The translations under genes were made by a program, and so were the position numbers. Positions 29,776 through 39,164 of a stretch of DNA of 64,000 bases are shown here, piece after piece (position 1 is the stretch's first letter; each line of letters opens with the position of its first letter). The stretch spans positions 1-64,000 of IMG/VR virus record IMGVR_UViG_3300046323_000673; one strand, given 5' to 3'. This DNA comes from a virus. Under the pieces are notes generated by a model, which saw only the letters and a list, made by a program, of their open reading frames with translations, did not search any database and was not told the origin of the DNA.

Positions 29776-31161
29776 ATGTCACTCGTTTTGGGTATCCCGC
29801 CCGCAATTCTCAACCTCGTTCAGCAAGGCTTGCTTGAACGAGCATTCCACGACGGCCTCTTCCCCTCGCTGCTCTATCGCGGCGAAGCGCAGTACGAGGA
29901 ATGGCAAGGTCAAACCGGCACTGAGATCTTTATGACTCGGCCCGGGCTCTTGGCACCCATCACGACCCCGCTCGTTCCAGGTGTGGATCCCGTTCCGCAG
30001 ACCGTGAGTTTTGAGCAATGGGTTGCACGGCTTGATCGTTATTCGGGGACGATCGATACGCACATGCCGACGTCGGCGGTTGCGCAAGCTGATTTGTTCA
30101 TGCGCAATGTTCAGCAGCTCGGTTTGCAGGCCGGTCAGAGCCTCAACCGTTTGCCCCGCAACGCGCTTTACAAGTCGTACCTATCGGGCCAAACAGTGAC
30201 GATCCTCGTCACTGCGGTACCTGATACGGCAATCCGTGTTGCGTCGTTGAATGGATTCACTGACGTCGTGAGTCGTGGCGTGAACGTGCGCCCGTTGCCG
30301 GTTTCCCCGAGTGCACCGTTGCCCATTACGATCAACGGAACGACCGCGCGTAACGTGGTTGGTGCATTCCCCGATGACCCGAACGATCCGTACGGACCGG
30401 GCACGCTATTGCTTGATGCAGCCGTGGGTGCAGTGGTTGCAGTTCGTTCGTCAGTGCTTTCGCGATTCAAGCCACGCGTGATTCGTTGCGGCGGTGGTAG
30501 CTCGATTGACGCAATCGGAAGCACGGACGTGCTCACGTTGCAGGACGCAATCAATTCCACGAATTGGCTGCGCAAAAACAACGTTCTTCCCCACGAAGAT
30601 GGGTACTACCACGGGCATATCAACACGGACGCCAACTCGCAGGTCTTCCAAGATCCCGCGTTCCAACGATTGAACACGAGCTTGCCGAATGGCGAGTATT
30701 ACCAAAAGGCGTTCTTCGGAACGATCGCCGGTATCGCGTTCTACTCGAACAACGAAAACCCGGATTACACCAACTCGGGGGCTCGTACGCTTACCGGGAC
30801 GAACGCTGCGTATAGCGCTGACATCGGCGCTGAAACGACGAACGAATCGGGGATCAACATTGGTCGCGTGGTCATCACCGGCCGTGGTTCGATCTACGAA
30901 AAGGGCCTCGACGAAAACGCATACGTCACCGAAGCGGGTGTTACCGGAAAGATCGCCGATTTCCAGGTGGTGAATGGCGGTGTGGAAATCAGCACCGAAC
31001 GTATTCGATTGATCCTGCGTGCCCCGCAGAATCGTTTGCAGGATCAAGTAGCTGCAACGTGGTCGATCACGACCTGCTTCCCGATTCCCTCGGATGCGGC
31101 GAGCGGCGGACTTGAGCGATTCAAGCGTGCGGTCGTCATCGAACACGCGCTCGATAGCTGA
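29776..31161 (+). CDS. major capsid protein
   Basis: 461 aa after scaffold; LRKNNVLP..DGYY.GHI, GTIAGIAFY resemble N4-gp56-like HK97-fold MCPs; SD AAGGAG. Confidence 0.8.
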   Translation: MSLVLGIPPAILNLVQQGLLERAFHDGLFPSLLYRGEAQYEEWQGQTGTEIFMTRPGLLAPITTPLVPGVDPVPQTVSFEQWVARLDRYSGTIDTHMPTSAVAQADLFMRNVQQLGLQAGQSLNRLPRNALYKSYLSGQTVTILVTAVPDTAIRVASLNGFTDVVSRGVNVRPLPVSPSAPLPITINGTTARNVVGAFPDDPNDPYGPGTLLLDAAVGAVVAVRSSVLSRFKPRVIRCGGGSSIDAIGSTDVLTLQDAINSTNWLRKNNVLPHEDGYYHGHINTDANSQVFQDPAFQRLNTSLPNGEYYQKAFFGTIAGIAFYSNNENPDYTNSGARTLTGTNAAYSADIGAETTNESGINIGRVVITGRGSIYEKGLDENAYVTEAGVTGKIADFQVVNGGVEISTERIRLILRAPQNRLQDQVAATWSITTCFPIPSDAASGGLERFKRAVVIEHALDS

Positions 31162-31172
31162 TTGATTCAGTA

Positions 31173-31211
31173 GGCAAGAGCGGGACGGTTGACGATCGCC
31201 CTGCTCTTGCC
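31173..31211 (+). terminator. hairpin downstream of MCP
   Basis: GGCAAGAGCGGG...CCCTGCTCTTGCC. Confidence 0.55.
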
Positions 31212-31242
31212 GCACGATGCGACCTCCCTAGGAGGTCGTTTT

Positions 31243-31833
31243 ATGGCTCGAAATCTTCCCGCAAACACTGAAGAACGAAACCTTACCCCGGTTGATGCGC
31301 AAGCGTTGAAGGAAGCGCAAGCGTTGAATGCTGCTGCTGATGCTTCGCGTGGTACGTCAAACGTTGCTGCTGAAGCTGCACGTGCGCAGCAGCAACAAGG
31401 CGCGAGTGTGCAAGTGCTCGATGCAACGCCCATTCGAACGGTGGATATGTCCCCGCCGGGTAACAAGATTGACGCATTACCGGACATGGTCAGTCGGCAT
31501 CTTGTCGATGCGTCAACGACTGCACCCGTCGTGCGCAGTGCACTTGATGTTCCCTTACCCAAAGTGGCGCGAACAGGAACGGCAATCGTGATGCAAGGCG
31601 TGGGTGCAATGCAAGGCAACGGAGCGACCGAAGCAGTAGAAGCAGCTCCCCCAGTCGAACGAAAGTATCGTGTTATGGAAACACGAATGATCCTTGACAC
31701 GACAAGTGCATCGCGAACAAAGCTGCAAGAGGGAAAGGAAATCAGTGACAAACACTACACGATTCGCCGATTGCAGCAGCAGGGCGTGAAGCTCAAAGAC
31801 ATTACAGATCTTGATCCCAACGCGCCGGTTTGA
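31243..31833 (+). CDS. hypothetical protein (head module)
   Basis: SD AGGAGGT, which lies in a small hairpin GACCTCC-CTA-GGAGGTC. Confidence 0.7.
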   Translation: MARNLPANTEERNLTPVDAQALKEAQALNAAADASRGTSNVAAEAARAQQQQGASVQVLDATPIRTVDMSPPGNKIDALPDMVSRHLVDASTTAPVVRSALDVPLPKVARTGTAIVMQGVGAMQGNGATEAVEAAPPVERKYRVMETRMILDTTSASRTKLQEGKEISDKHYTIRRLQQQGVKLKDITDLDPNAPV

Positions 31834-31846
31834 AAGGGTTTGACCA

Positions 31847-32254
31847 ATGGGTGTCGATTATCTGACCGCTGATGAAAAGGTCCGCATTCGGCACCACCTT
31901 GGTTACCTGAATGTGGATGAATCGAGCACGTTCGTGATCGGTTTGCCCGCGGGTGTCGAAACGCAATTCATGATCGAGGGATCGTTTTCCCGACTGCTTG
32001 CCGCTGCATTGCCCCAGGTGCGCAAGCTCTTGCAATACTGCGAATGCACCGAGGAACAACGATTCAGCTCGCAACCCAACGCGGTTGTGAAAGAAGTCGA
32101 TGGGATCAAGATGGGCGCAGAGGACGAACAGTTGATGCTTTCCCGCAATTACGACTATTGGCGCGCGGCACTCGCCAACATGTTCGGGATCCCGCCCAAC
32201 CAGTTTGATATGCGGTACGGCGGCGGTTCACTCAACATCCGCGTGCAGGGGTGA
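31847..32254 (+). CDS. putative head-tail adaptor
   Basis: 135 aa, LTADEKVRIRHHLGY; position after MCP. Confidence 0.6.
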   Translation: MGVDYLTADEKVRIRHHLGYLNVDESSTFVIGLPAGVETQFMIEGSFSRLLAAALPQVRKLLQYCECTEEQRFSSQPNAVVKEVDGIKMGAEDEQLMLSRNYDYWRAALANMFGIPPNQFDMRYGGGSLNIRVQG

Positions 32255-32266
32255 GCATCGAAGGTG

Positions 32267-32296
32267 AAATCCAATTGGATCGATCCAATTGGATTT
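32267..32296. repeat. 30-bp nested palindrome, copy 9 (extends to 32263-32300)
   Basis: Exact; between convergent genes. Confidence 0.97.
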
Positions 32297-32307
32297 CACC
32301 CCGTTCA

Positions 32308-32862
32308 TCACCGCGAGCGTGGACGACGTCGCAACATGCGAGGGACGCGAATCGCTGAACGAAGAATCGACGCGAGTTCTTCACGGTCGAGTTTGCGTGC
32401 GTGTGCGAGTTCTTCTTCCAATCGAAAACAACGCTGAATCAACTCGTTGTATTCGGCGTTCAATGCATCGAACGAACCGAATTGTTTCAATTGTGATTCG
32501 AGCACGCGAACACGAGCATTCAGGTTTGCGCATTCGGTCGTCTTGGCATCGAGATCTGTTTGCTTGAACATCGTCTGCTCAACTGCCCATTGAAGGCACG
32601 CCGCTTCGTTCTCGGCAGTCTTGCGATCGAATGTGACTTCCGCAAGCTTGGCGTGGATCTGTTTCGCGCATGCCCATGTACACACGTCAAATGATGACTT
32701 ATTGAATCCATTTCTTACGAATTCGGATCGATATCCTGCACTGAAATGACGCCATTCGTCTTCGTCTGGGTTTGGTGGGTATGCATTGCGTCGCTTGTTT
32801 GGATTCGCTTCCTGTTTCCCGCACGCATCACAGATCATTACTGTGGTTGTTTCGCTGCTCAT
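32308..32862 (-). CDS. antisense insert: zinc-finger plus coiled-coil hypothetical protein
   Basis: CDACG...DVCTWAC then coiled coil; SD GAGG. Confidence 0.7.
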   Translation of the reverse strand: MSSETTTVMICDACGKQEANPNKRRNAYPPNPDEDEWRHFSAGYRSEFVRNGFNKSSFDVCTWACAKQIHAKLAEVTFDRKTAENEAACLQWAVEQTMFKQTDLDAKTTECANLNARVRVLESQLKQFGSFDALNAEYNELIQRCFRLEEELAHARKLDREELASILRSAIRVPRMLRRRPRSR

Positions 32863-32910
32863 TGATTGATCCTCGCTCTCGTTCCCATCATGCGATGATT
32901 GCGCCTGCCC

Positions 32911-33471
32911 ATGAAACCTCGAGCCCTACCCGCTGGTACCGCGGCACGAACAGTGCTCGCACGCATCGCCCCTGCCATCGACAACGCGCGACAAGTCGCA
33001 ACCGAGATCGGCGCGCGTCCGTATCAAGTCTTCCTCGTGTGGGGCGCGTGGGGTGGCAAGGAACGGGGCGAAGGAACGTTCGGGGAACTCGCACGGTTGC
33101 AGCTATTGCCAAACCCCAAGATCGACACTGTGCAATTCACGAACACGCCCTACAGCGCGGGGCAGTTGCCCGTGGGTGCATTGCGCGTGTCGGGTATTTC
33201 GTCGACGTATACGCAACCTGTTTTGCAGGGTAATCGACTTCCGAATGGGCATGAGTTCGACAAGCAAAACAGGCGTAACGACTTCTTCTACGAGATCACG
33301 CTCGATGATCGAACCCCGAGTGAAGACCCCGAACGTGCGCGTATGCGATTGCTCTCTGGACCCACGCTCATGCCCACGCGCGTATCGTGGGAGATGCAAC
33401 TTGAACGCTCGTCTGATGATCGTTCCAATCGGGAAGCACGCATTGATCGCGCGAATGGAAAGGGCTGCTGA
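32911..33471 (+). CDS. putative head-closure/neck protein
   Basis: Size and position in neck module. Confidence 0.55.
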   Translation: MKPRALPAGTAARTVLARIAPAIDNARQVATEIGARPYQVFLVWGAWGGKERGEGTFGELARLQLLPNPKIDTVQFTNTPYSAGQLPVGALRVSGISSTYTQPVLQGNRLPNGHEFDKQNRRNDFFYEITLDDRTPSEDPERARMRLLSGPTLMPTRVSWEMQLERSSDDRSNREARIDRANGKGC

Positions 33472-33977
33472 TGGCTGCTGAAATCACGTTGCAGGAAGCG
33501 GCGCAACGAACGGAAGAACTCAAAGAGAAGTGGCACAAGGCGGCTGTGCTTGGCTTGCAATCAGCAGCGGCAAGGGGCGTGCAGGACATCGTCACGCGCA
33601 TCATCCCATCACGCACGCCGCAACCCGTGGACCGGGGAGTCTATCGCTCGGGATGGCGGTTCTATACAGCTCCCGATGGTGCGGTGATTGATAACGCCGA
33701 ACCGCACGCCATCTTGATCGAAGACGGCGTGCGTGCGGGTAACGTTAAGATCGGGAAGAAGATGATCGACGCGCTTGCTGAGTGGGTACAGCGCAAGGGC
33801 ATTGTTAGTGGGGATGACGCACGTTCGGTTGCATGGGCAATCGCGAAGTCGATGCAGCGCCGGGGGATATTCAACAAGGGCAAGGGAATGGGGATACTTG
33901 CCGAACTGGTCGACAAGTATCTGCCCGGCTATGTCGAAGAAGAAGTTGCGCGGGAAGTCGAACGGGCGGGGTTCTAG
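33471..33977 (+). CDS. neck protein, HK97 gp10-like
   Basis: PVDRGVYRSGW...PHAILIEDG...LAEWVQRKG...AIAKSMQRRG. Confidence 0.7.
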   Translation: MAAEITLQEAAQRTEELKEKWHKAAVLGLQSAAARGVQDIVTRIIPSRTPQPVDRGVYRSGWRFYTAPDGAVIDNAEPHAILIEDGVRAGNVKIGKKMIDALAEWVQRKGIVSGDDARSVAWAIAKSMQRRGIFNKGKGMGILAELVDKYLPGYVEEEVAREVERAGF

Positions 33978-34096
33978 ATCGATTTACGTTGCGCCATTTT
34001 CAACGCATTCCGACGTAGTGCATCGAAATCGGCGATTAAGGCGAGTTCCCGAATGCACAGAAGTATCCGATAGAATTTGAGTTCGTCCTGATTCAT
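33974..34096 (-). CDS. possible 40-aa protein (not in ORF track)
   Basis: MNQDELKFYRILLCIRELALIADFDALRRNALKMAQRKSI fills the gap exactly. Confidence 0.35.
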   Translation of the reverse strand: MNQDELKFYRILLCIRELALIADFDALRRNALKMAQRKSI

Positions 34097-34105
34097 GTGG
34101 TGATT

Positions 34106-34330
34106 CTAGATCTTCTTGGCGAACCCGTATCGTTTGCCACGCTTTTCACCTTCCGCGTCGATTGCACCAAGCGCGGTGAGGTACGCAATCGCGGCGCTCC
34201 ATTCGGATGACGAGCATGAAACGTGAACAGCGATTTCGCCCTTGGTGAGTTTCTTGTCTTTCGACTTTTCGAGTGTGTTGACGATCTGTTGAGCGATTCG
34301 TTGGGTATTCGATGAGACTTCGGTAGCCAT
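34106..34330 (-). CDS. antisense insert: small winged-helix DNA-binding protein
   Basis: LTKGEIAVHV...WSAAIAYLTALGAIDAEGEKRGKRY; SD AAGGAG. Confidence 0.7.
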   Translation of the reverse strand: MATEVSSNTQRIAQQIVNTLEKSKDKKLTKGEIAVHVSCSSSEWSAAIAYLTALGAIDAEGEKRGKRYGFAKKI

Positions 34331-34360
34331 GGAATTGAACTCCTTTCGAGTCGGGATAGG

Positions 34361-34564
34361 TCATGCGACGTTTCTCGCGGCCCGTTGCGCGCGTTTCACT
34401 TCTTCCCGTCGTGATTGTGCCGCCTTCACTTGTGCGAGGTGCACGGCGCATCGCTTGTTTGGCTTCAACGCATCACGTTTGCAGTCGATGCATTTACCCA
34501 TGTTCATTTGCTTCTTCCGCCATGCGTCGCGGTCTTCGTCGAAGATGCTGATTTTATGGATCAT
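34361..34564 (-). CDS. antisense insert: small zinc-finger protein
   Basis: GKCIDC...RCAVHL; CATGAT-N6-ATG next to palindrome copy 10. Confidence 0.65.
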   Translation of the reverse strand: MIHKISIFDEDRDAWRKKQMNMGKCIDCKRDALKPNKRCAVHLAQVKAAQSRREEVKRAQRAARNVA

Positions 34565-34580
34565 GCCGTGATCATGCGTG

Positions 34581-34610
34581 AAATCCAATTGGATCGATCC
34601 AATTGGATTT
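34581..34610. repeat. 30-bp nested palindrome, copy 10
   Basis: Exact; between divergent genes. Confidence 0.97.
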
Positions 34611-34631
34611 TGTGATGCTACCTTCACAACC

Positions 34632-35351
34632 ATGGCCGTTTTCGACGCGCTTAGGAAATACCTTGCGGGCGGGCTGTTCTTCGGCCGGGCAAACCCAAGG
34701 AACAAGCCCCGACCCCTTCCCTCGCACGATGCACGGTCGTACGCGCTCGCGAAGTTTGGCGACTTCCTCGCGGCGCTCGAATGGTCCCGTCCTGGTGACG
34801 TCGGCAAACCCGATGTTCCATATCGAATCGCACGCGAGGATATTTACGAGGAACAACCCGACGATCCCGCGCAATTGAACTTCCCAAGCATCGCGTTCCT
34901 TCCCGCGCGGGGCATGCACGATCAATACAACCTTGGTCCAAGCGACATTATCGACGAAAGCCGAGACCAGTTTGGGAAGGGCACCGTGCTGCTCTTGCAA
35001 GGGGAGTACATCGAACCGTTCATGATCGAGGTGTGGGGAAGTCACATCGCTGAACGCCGGTCGATTCTTGCCGGCATACAAGCGGTGATGCGAATGAACG
35101 AGCGTTCGAATGCGTTGCAGCTCCTGCTTCCCGAATACTTTGGTCGGGTCGCAAGCTTCAGTTTGATGGATTCGCAGAACATCGACGATCCCGACGTTGT
35201 TCGTGGACGCCGGCGGGGGCAAGTCGCGGTCGAACTGCGCGTACCCGAAGTTGTGCTTGTCGACGTCGTAACGATGCGTCCCTGCCTATGTGTTGAGGTC
35301 GTGGACAAGCTGCGTTCCGAACAATGCGGACAAGATGCCGACTCGACGTAG
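34632..35351 (+). CDS. putative tail terminator/completion protein
   Basis: FPSIAF motif; immediately upstream of sheath. Confidence 0.6.
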   Translation: MAVFDALRKYLAGGLFFGRANPRNKPRPLPSHDARSYALAKFGDFLAALEWSRPGDVGKPDVPYRIAREDIYEEQPDDPAQLNFPSIAFLPARGMHDQYNLGPSDIIDESRDQFGKGTVLLLQGEYIEPFMIEVWGSHIAERRSILAGIQAVMRMNERSNALQLLLPEYFGRVASFSLMDSQNIDDPDVVRGRRRGQVAVELRVPEVVLVDVVTMRPCLCVEVVDKLRSEQCGQDADST

Positions 35352-35378
35352 AGCGAAACAACGGCGTAACGTACTTGC

Positions 35379-37598
35379 ATGGGTGCAGGCTTTTTACGCA
35401 GATTCATCGGGCGCCAACCTACAGTCGACGAGCTTCTCGCGATTGAAGGCGTTGTGCTCATTGACAAGGATCCACCGGCGGCGATCAACGGGGCAAACAC
35501 GGGTGTTGCCCTTGTCGTAGGTGAGTTCGAGGATGGTCCGTTCAATACGCCGCTAGAGATCCTTTCATCGAATGATCTCGCGACGACGTTCGGGCAATTC
35601 GGTTTCAACTATGACGGTTTGGCGGGGGGTAACCCTTGTGCTCGATCACGACTCGCGGACGGGGCGACATCCCCCGAGTATTGGAACGGCAACGGGTTCA
35701 TCGGGCTTGTGAACAAGAGGTTCGCGGGGCTCGTTCTCGTTCGCGTTGATACGAGCGTGGGTGAAGTTTCGTTCACAAGACTTGCGAGTCTATCCGGACG
35801 AACTGATTTCTCGTTCGCGCTTTCCGATGGTGCATCGCTCGATTTCGATATCGGCGCGGGTACAGTATCGGCGGTGTTTAACGGCGCGGTTGCGACGATT
35901 GCAAGCGCGGCGGGCACGTACCCAAGCACGTTCACCGGCGGGCAAACCCTGACCGTCGCAATCGAGGGAACGACCTACGTGATCACGTTCCTCGCGGCGG
36001 ACCAAACCCAAGCGCAGTGCATCGCGCGAATGAACGCGGCGGTTGGGTACACGGCATTCGTTTCGTTCAGCGCAACCGTGATCGATTTCAATGGTCGCAT
36101 TGAAGGCACCGATGGCGAGATCCAAGTGCTCGCGGTGAGCGGCGCACTCGTCACGACTGCAACCGGGTTTTCCGCGGGCGCTGCTGTAAACGGAACGGGC
36201 AACGTCCCGAACCTTGCAGCCATTTCAAGCACAGATGCCGACGCGGTAGTGAATGCGGCGGATGCAGACACCAACATCGACCGCGACGCGAACAACGCGA
36301 TTCGCATCGTGAATACGGGTACGCCTGGCACAGGCACGATCATCGTCGATAGTACGAGCACGGCACTCGCGTTTGGCTTCCCGCTCGACACGGAAGCAGA
36401 TGCCGCAGTGGGCATTGATGGGAGCATTCCCGCGGGCACACGTATTCGAACAGGTGCGGGCGTTGAATTCGTCACAATGACGACGACGGCAATCACCGCG
36501 GCAAACGCCGGCCCCTACACGATTCGCGTACGACACGCGCTCGACAATGGTGCAGGTGCATCACAACTCGTTTCGACGCTGAACGTTGTGCCTTTCCCGA
36601 TTGCGATCGGGGCATTCGCAGTGACGAACAATCTGCCTATCGGTGCGGCGAAAACGGAAGCACAACTTGACGCGCTGTACACGACCGCGATTCAAGGAAC
36701 GAAGTCGATCAAGGGCATCACGAAGAAAGTGAACATCATCGTGAGTGCGCGACAATCGAACACGATTCGTTCGGCGCTGAAGGTGAATCAGCTTGAGGCG
36801 TCCACGGAAGGCTGCTTCGGGCGTATCGCATGCATTCGTCCCCCACTTGGAATCACTCGAGCAACCGCGCGCAGCACGTCGGCACAACCCGGCGTCGGGG
36901 CGTATAGGAACCGGGGTGTGGTGTACTGTTACCCCGGCGTTCAAACCTACGTCCCGCAGATTGCAGCACGTGGCATCGCGGGCGGTGCGGGGTTCACCGC
37001 GGACGGGATCATCAACACGGGATTCGATACGTGGATGACCTCGATCCTTTCTCAACTCCCGCCGGAAGAAGATGCGGGGCAAGAAACCGGGTATTTGGCA
37101 GGCGTGCTTGATATCGAACGCAATGCCGATGTCGCTGATTTGAAGATCGAGGATTACATCGCGTTCAAGGCGTCGGGTATTGCCGCACCTCGCATCGATG
37201 ACGGCGTATGTATCGTGCAAAGTGCGGATACAAGTGTTGACCCGGCGGTTGACCCCGTGGGCGTTCCCATTGCCCGACAACGATTCGTGTATTACCTGCA
37301 AGACACGCTTGGTCCGCGTCTCAATACGTACGTGAAGAAGGGCAGCACGAACGAACGACGGGCGTTGGTCGTGGGCGAAGTCGACGGGTTCTTGTCGGGT
37401 TTGCTTAGCGAGGGACAACCGTCACTCGCGCGCATTCTTGGTTATGAAATCGACACAATTAGCGGCAACACGCCTGCACTTCTCGAACGAGGGATCTTTC
37501 GTATCATCGAACGTGTGAAGATGATCGCGCCGTTCCGAGCTATTGTGCTCGAATCAATAGTGGGTGAAACGGTTCAGATCGCCGAAACAGCGGCGTAA
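35379..37598 (+). CDS. contractile tail sheath protein
   Basis: GVVLID..PP...VGEFEDGPFNTP..I.S...FG N-terminus; IARQRFVYYL C-terminal sheath motif; 739 aa. Confidence 0.88.
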   Translation: MGAGFLRRFIGRQPTVDELLAIEGVVLIDKDPPAAINGANTGVALVVGEFEDGPFNTPLEILSSNDLATTFGQFGFNYDGLAGGNPCARSRLADGATSPEYWNGNGFIGLVNKRFAGLVLVRVDTSVGEVSFTRLASLSGRTDFSFALSDGASLDFDIGAGTVSAVFNGAVATIASAAGTYPSTFTGGQTLTVAIEGTTYVITFLAADQTQAQCIARMNAAVGYTAFVSFSATVIDFNGRIEGTDGEIQVLAVSGALVTTATGFSAGAAVNGTGNVPNLAAISSTDADAVVNAADADTNIDRDANNAIRIVNTGTPGTGTIIVDSTSTALAFGFPLDTEADAAVGIDGSIPAGTRIRTGAGVEFVTMTTTAITAANAGPYTIRVRHALDNGAGASQLVSTLNVVPFPIAIGAFAVTNNLPIGAAKTEAQLDALYTTAIQGTKSIKGITKKVNIIVSARQSNTIRSALKVNQLEASTEGCFGRIACIRPPLGITRATARSTSAQPGVGAYRNRGVVYCYPGVQTYVPQIAARGIAGGAGFTADGIINTGFDTWMTSILSQLPPEEDAGQETGYLAGVLDIERNADVADLKIEDYIAFKASGIAAPRIDDGVCIVQSADTSVDPAVDPVGVPIARQRFVYYLQDTLGPRLNTYVKKGSTNERRALVVGEVDGFLSGLLSEGQPSLARILGYEIDTISGNTPALLERGIFRIIERVKMIAPFRAIVLESIVGETVQIAETAA

Positions 37599-37609
37599 GA
37601 GGTGACGTC

Positions 37610-38059
37610 ATGGGCGATCGATTAAAGGGCCAAGAGGTATCAATCAGGGTCATCGACTCGGGGACGATGGTCGCGAGTCTCGATTCGATCACGAGCTTCA
37701 ATGAGGAAATGAAGTCGGAGATCAAAGAGGACGGCTTTCTCGGGGAAGTCGCGAATCGATTCGATGACATCTTCAACGGGTTTGGCGGCGACTTTGAAAT
37801 TCACGTCCGTCGTTCGGATTATGTGAATTTTCAAAAACGCGTGAAGGAACGACAACAACGCAAGGTCGTGACGCGCGTGTTCAACGTCGTGCGTACCGAC
37901 CTCTACCCCGATGGCACGTCGACCGTGTTCACGTACATCGACGTGAAGTGGGGGGCGATGAGTACGAGCGCGGGAAGTCGCACCGACTTCGTGAAGATGA
38001 AAACAAGTTTTGCTTGTTCAGAACGCGCCGACAAGCAAAACGCACTGCCCCTTTCCTGA
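37610..38059 (+). CDS. tail tube protein
   Basis: 149 aa directly after sheath, beta-rich, ends SFACSER. Confidence 0.75.
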   Translation: MGDRLKGQEVSIRVIDSGTMVASLDSITSFNEEMKSEIKEDGFLGEVANRFDDIFNGFGGDFEIHVRRSDYVNFQKRVKERQQRKVVTRVFNVVRTDLYPDGTSTVFTYIDVKWGAMSTSAGSRTDFVKMKTSFACSERADKQNALPLS

Positions 38060-38081
38060 CAAATCCCTACGTTACTCGACG

Positions 38082-38111
38082 AAATCCAATTGGATCGATC
38101 CAATTGGATTT
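38082..38111. repeat. 30-bp nested palindrome, copy 11
   Basis: Exact; left flank is reverse complement of CGTCGAGTAACGTAGGGATTTG. Confidence 0.97.
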
Positions 38112-38190
38112 CGTTCGTTCACGCACACGAGCACGCATCCCTTGACGTCTTGCCCTATTGGCGTTCTGATGTGATTTGGAGGTCGTGACG

Positions 38191-38841
38191 ATGGCTGATA
38201 AGAACGACGCTGATTGGTTTGATGGCGACGGCAAAGCGGGGCAGGAAGAGGGTACGCAAGAGCAAGGTGCCGAACTTGAAGTCGAGGACGATGACGAGTC
38301 GCAAGGGGCGGTGATGGATGAAGTTCCCATCGAAGAACTGCAATCCCCCGCGGCCGATCTCAAAACGGAAGAGCCAAAAAAGATCACAACGCGACAAATG
38401 GTCCCCAAGTCGGACGGTGTTCGTCGCGCGCCGGTATGGGCAAAGATCCCAAAGGGAATGAAGTTTCCCAAGGGTATCGACGTTTTGATTCTTCGCATTC
38501 GCGCCGAATTGACGATGTATCCCGGCAAGGGTGAACGTCAGGTCATTATCTGGCAGGTAACGGACGGCGATCAAAAGCTCGCGATATCCCGCGCAATGGG
38601 CGATTCAAACCGCCTTGGAATCGAAATGACGAAACAGATGATTCGCGCGGCCGATGGTCAGCAAATCAATTGGACGGGTGATCCATCCGCGCCGGGAATT
38701 GATATCGATCGGTTTTGGCACGAAATCGGACAGAAGGGTCGGTCGATTCTTCATCGCATCACAAACCAATTGTGCGTGATGAGCGAGGAAGAACATGCTG
38801 ATTTTTTCGAGCATTGCATCGCTGCCGTTCGGACGGGCTAA
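38191..38841 (+). CDS. tail assembly chaperone
   Basis: Between tube and tape measure; SD GGAGGT; slippery heptamer near 3' end. Confidence 0.7.
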   Translation: MADKNDADWFDGDGKAGQEEGTQEQGAELEVEDDDESQGAVMDEVPIEELQSPAADLKTEEPKKITTRQMVPKSDGVRRAPVWAKIPKGMKFPKGIDVLILRIRAELTMYPGKGERQVIIWQVTDGDQKLAISRAMGDSNRLGIEMTKQMIRAADGQQINWTGDPSAPGIDIDRFWHEIGQKGRSILHRITNQLCVMSEEEHADFFEHCIAAVRTG

Positions 38842-39149
38842 GGTTTGACAAGGAAGGCTTCACGCTTGATCCTGATGAGCGATTGAACCTTCTGAAACGG
38901 CTCATTCGATATGCGGGCGATGCTGAAATGTACGCGTTCGTGATTGCTTACTGCACGTCGATCAACCCAATCGATATGCATAAGAATCGAATCTGGCAAC
39001 ACGTATACCTTGCCAGGTATATGCGCCTTTCCCCGAGCGAGATTGAGCGCATGCCCCTCTCGCTTATCCGTCAATACATCGCTACCCTGTCCGAGTTCAT
39101 CAAAAAGGAAGCAGGTCCCGCGCAGCAAGCCGAGACCGACTTCGTGTGA
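38802..39149 (+). CDS. tail assembly chaperone C-terminal extension (-1 frame)
   Basis: -1 frame opens at T TTT TTC 38802-38808; LSPSEIERMPL resembles gpT/gpE'-type extensions. Confidence 0.65.
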   Translation, partial: FFRALHRCRSDGLRFDKEGFTLDPDERLNLLKRLIRYAGDAEMYAFVIAYCTSINPIDMHKNRIWQHVYLARYMRLSPSEIERMPLSLIRQYIATLSEFIKKEAGPAQQAETDFV

Positions 39150-39164
39150 TGCGAGGGTAGTTTC

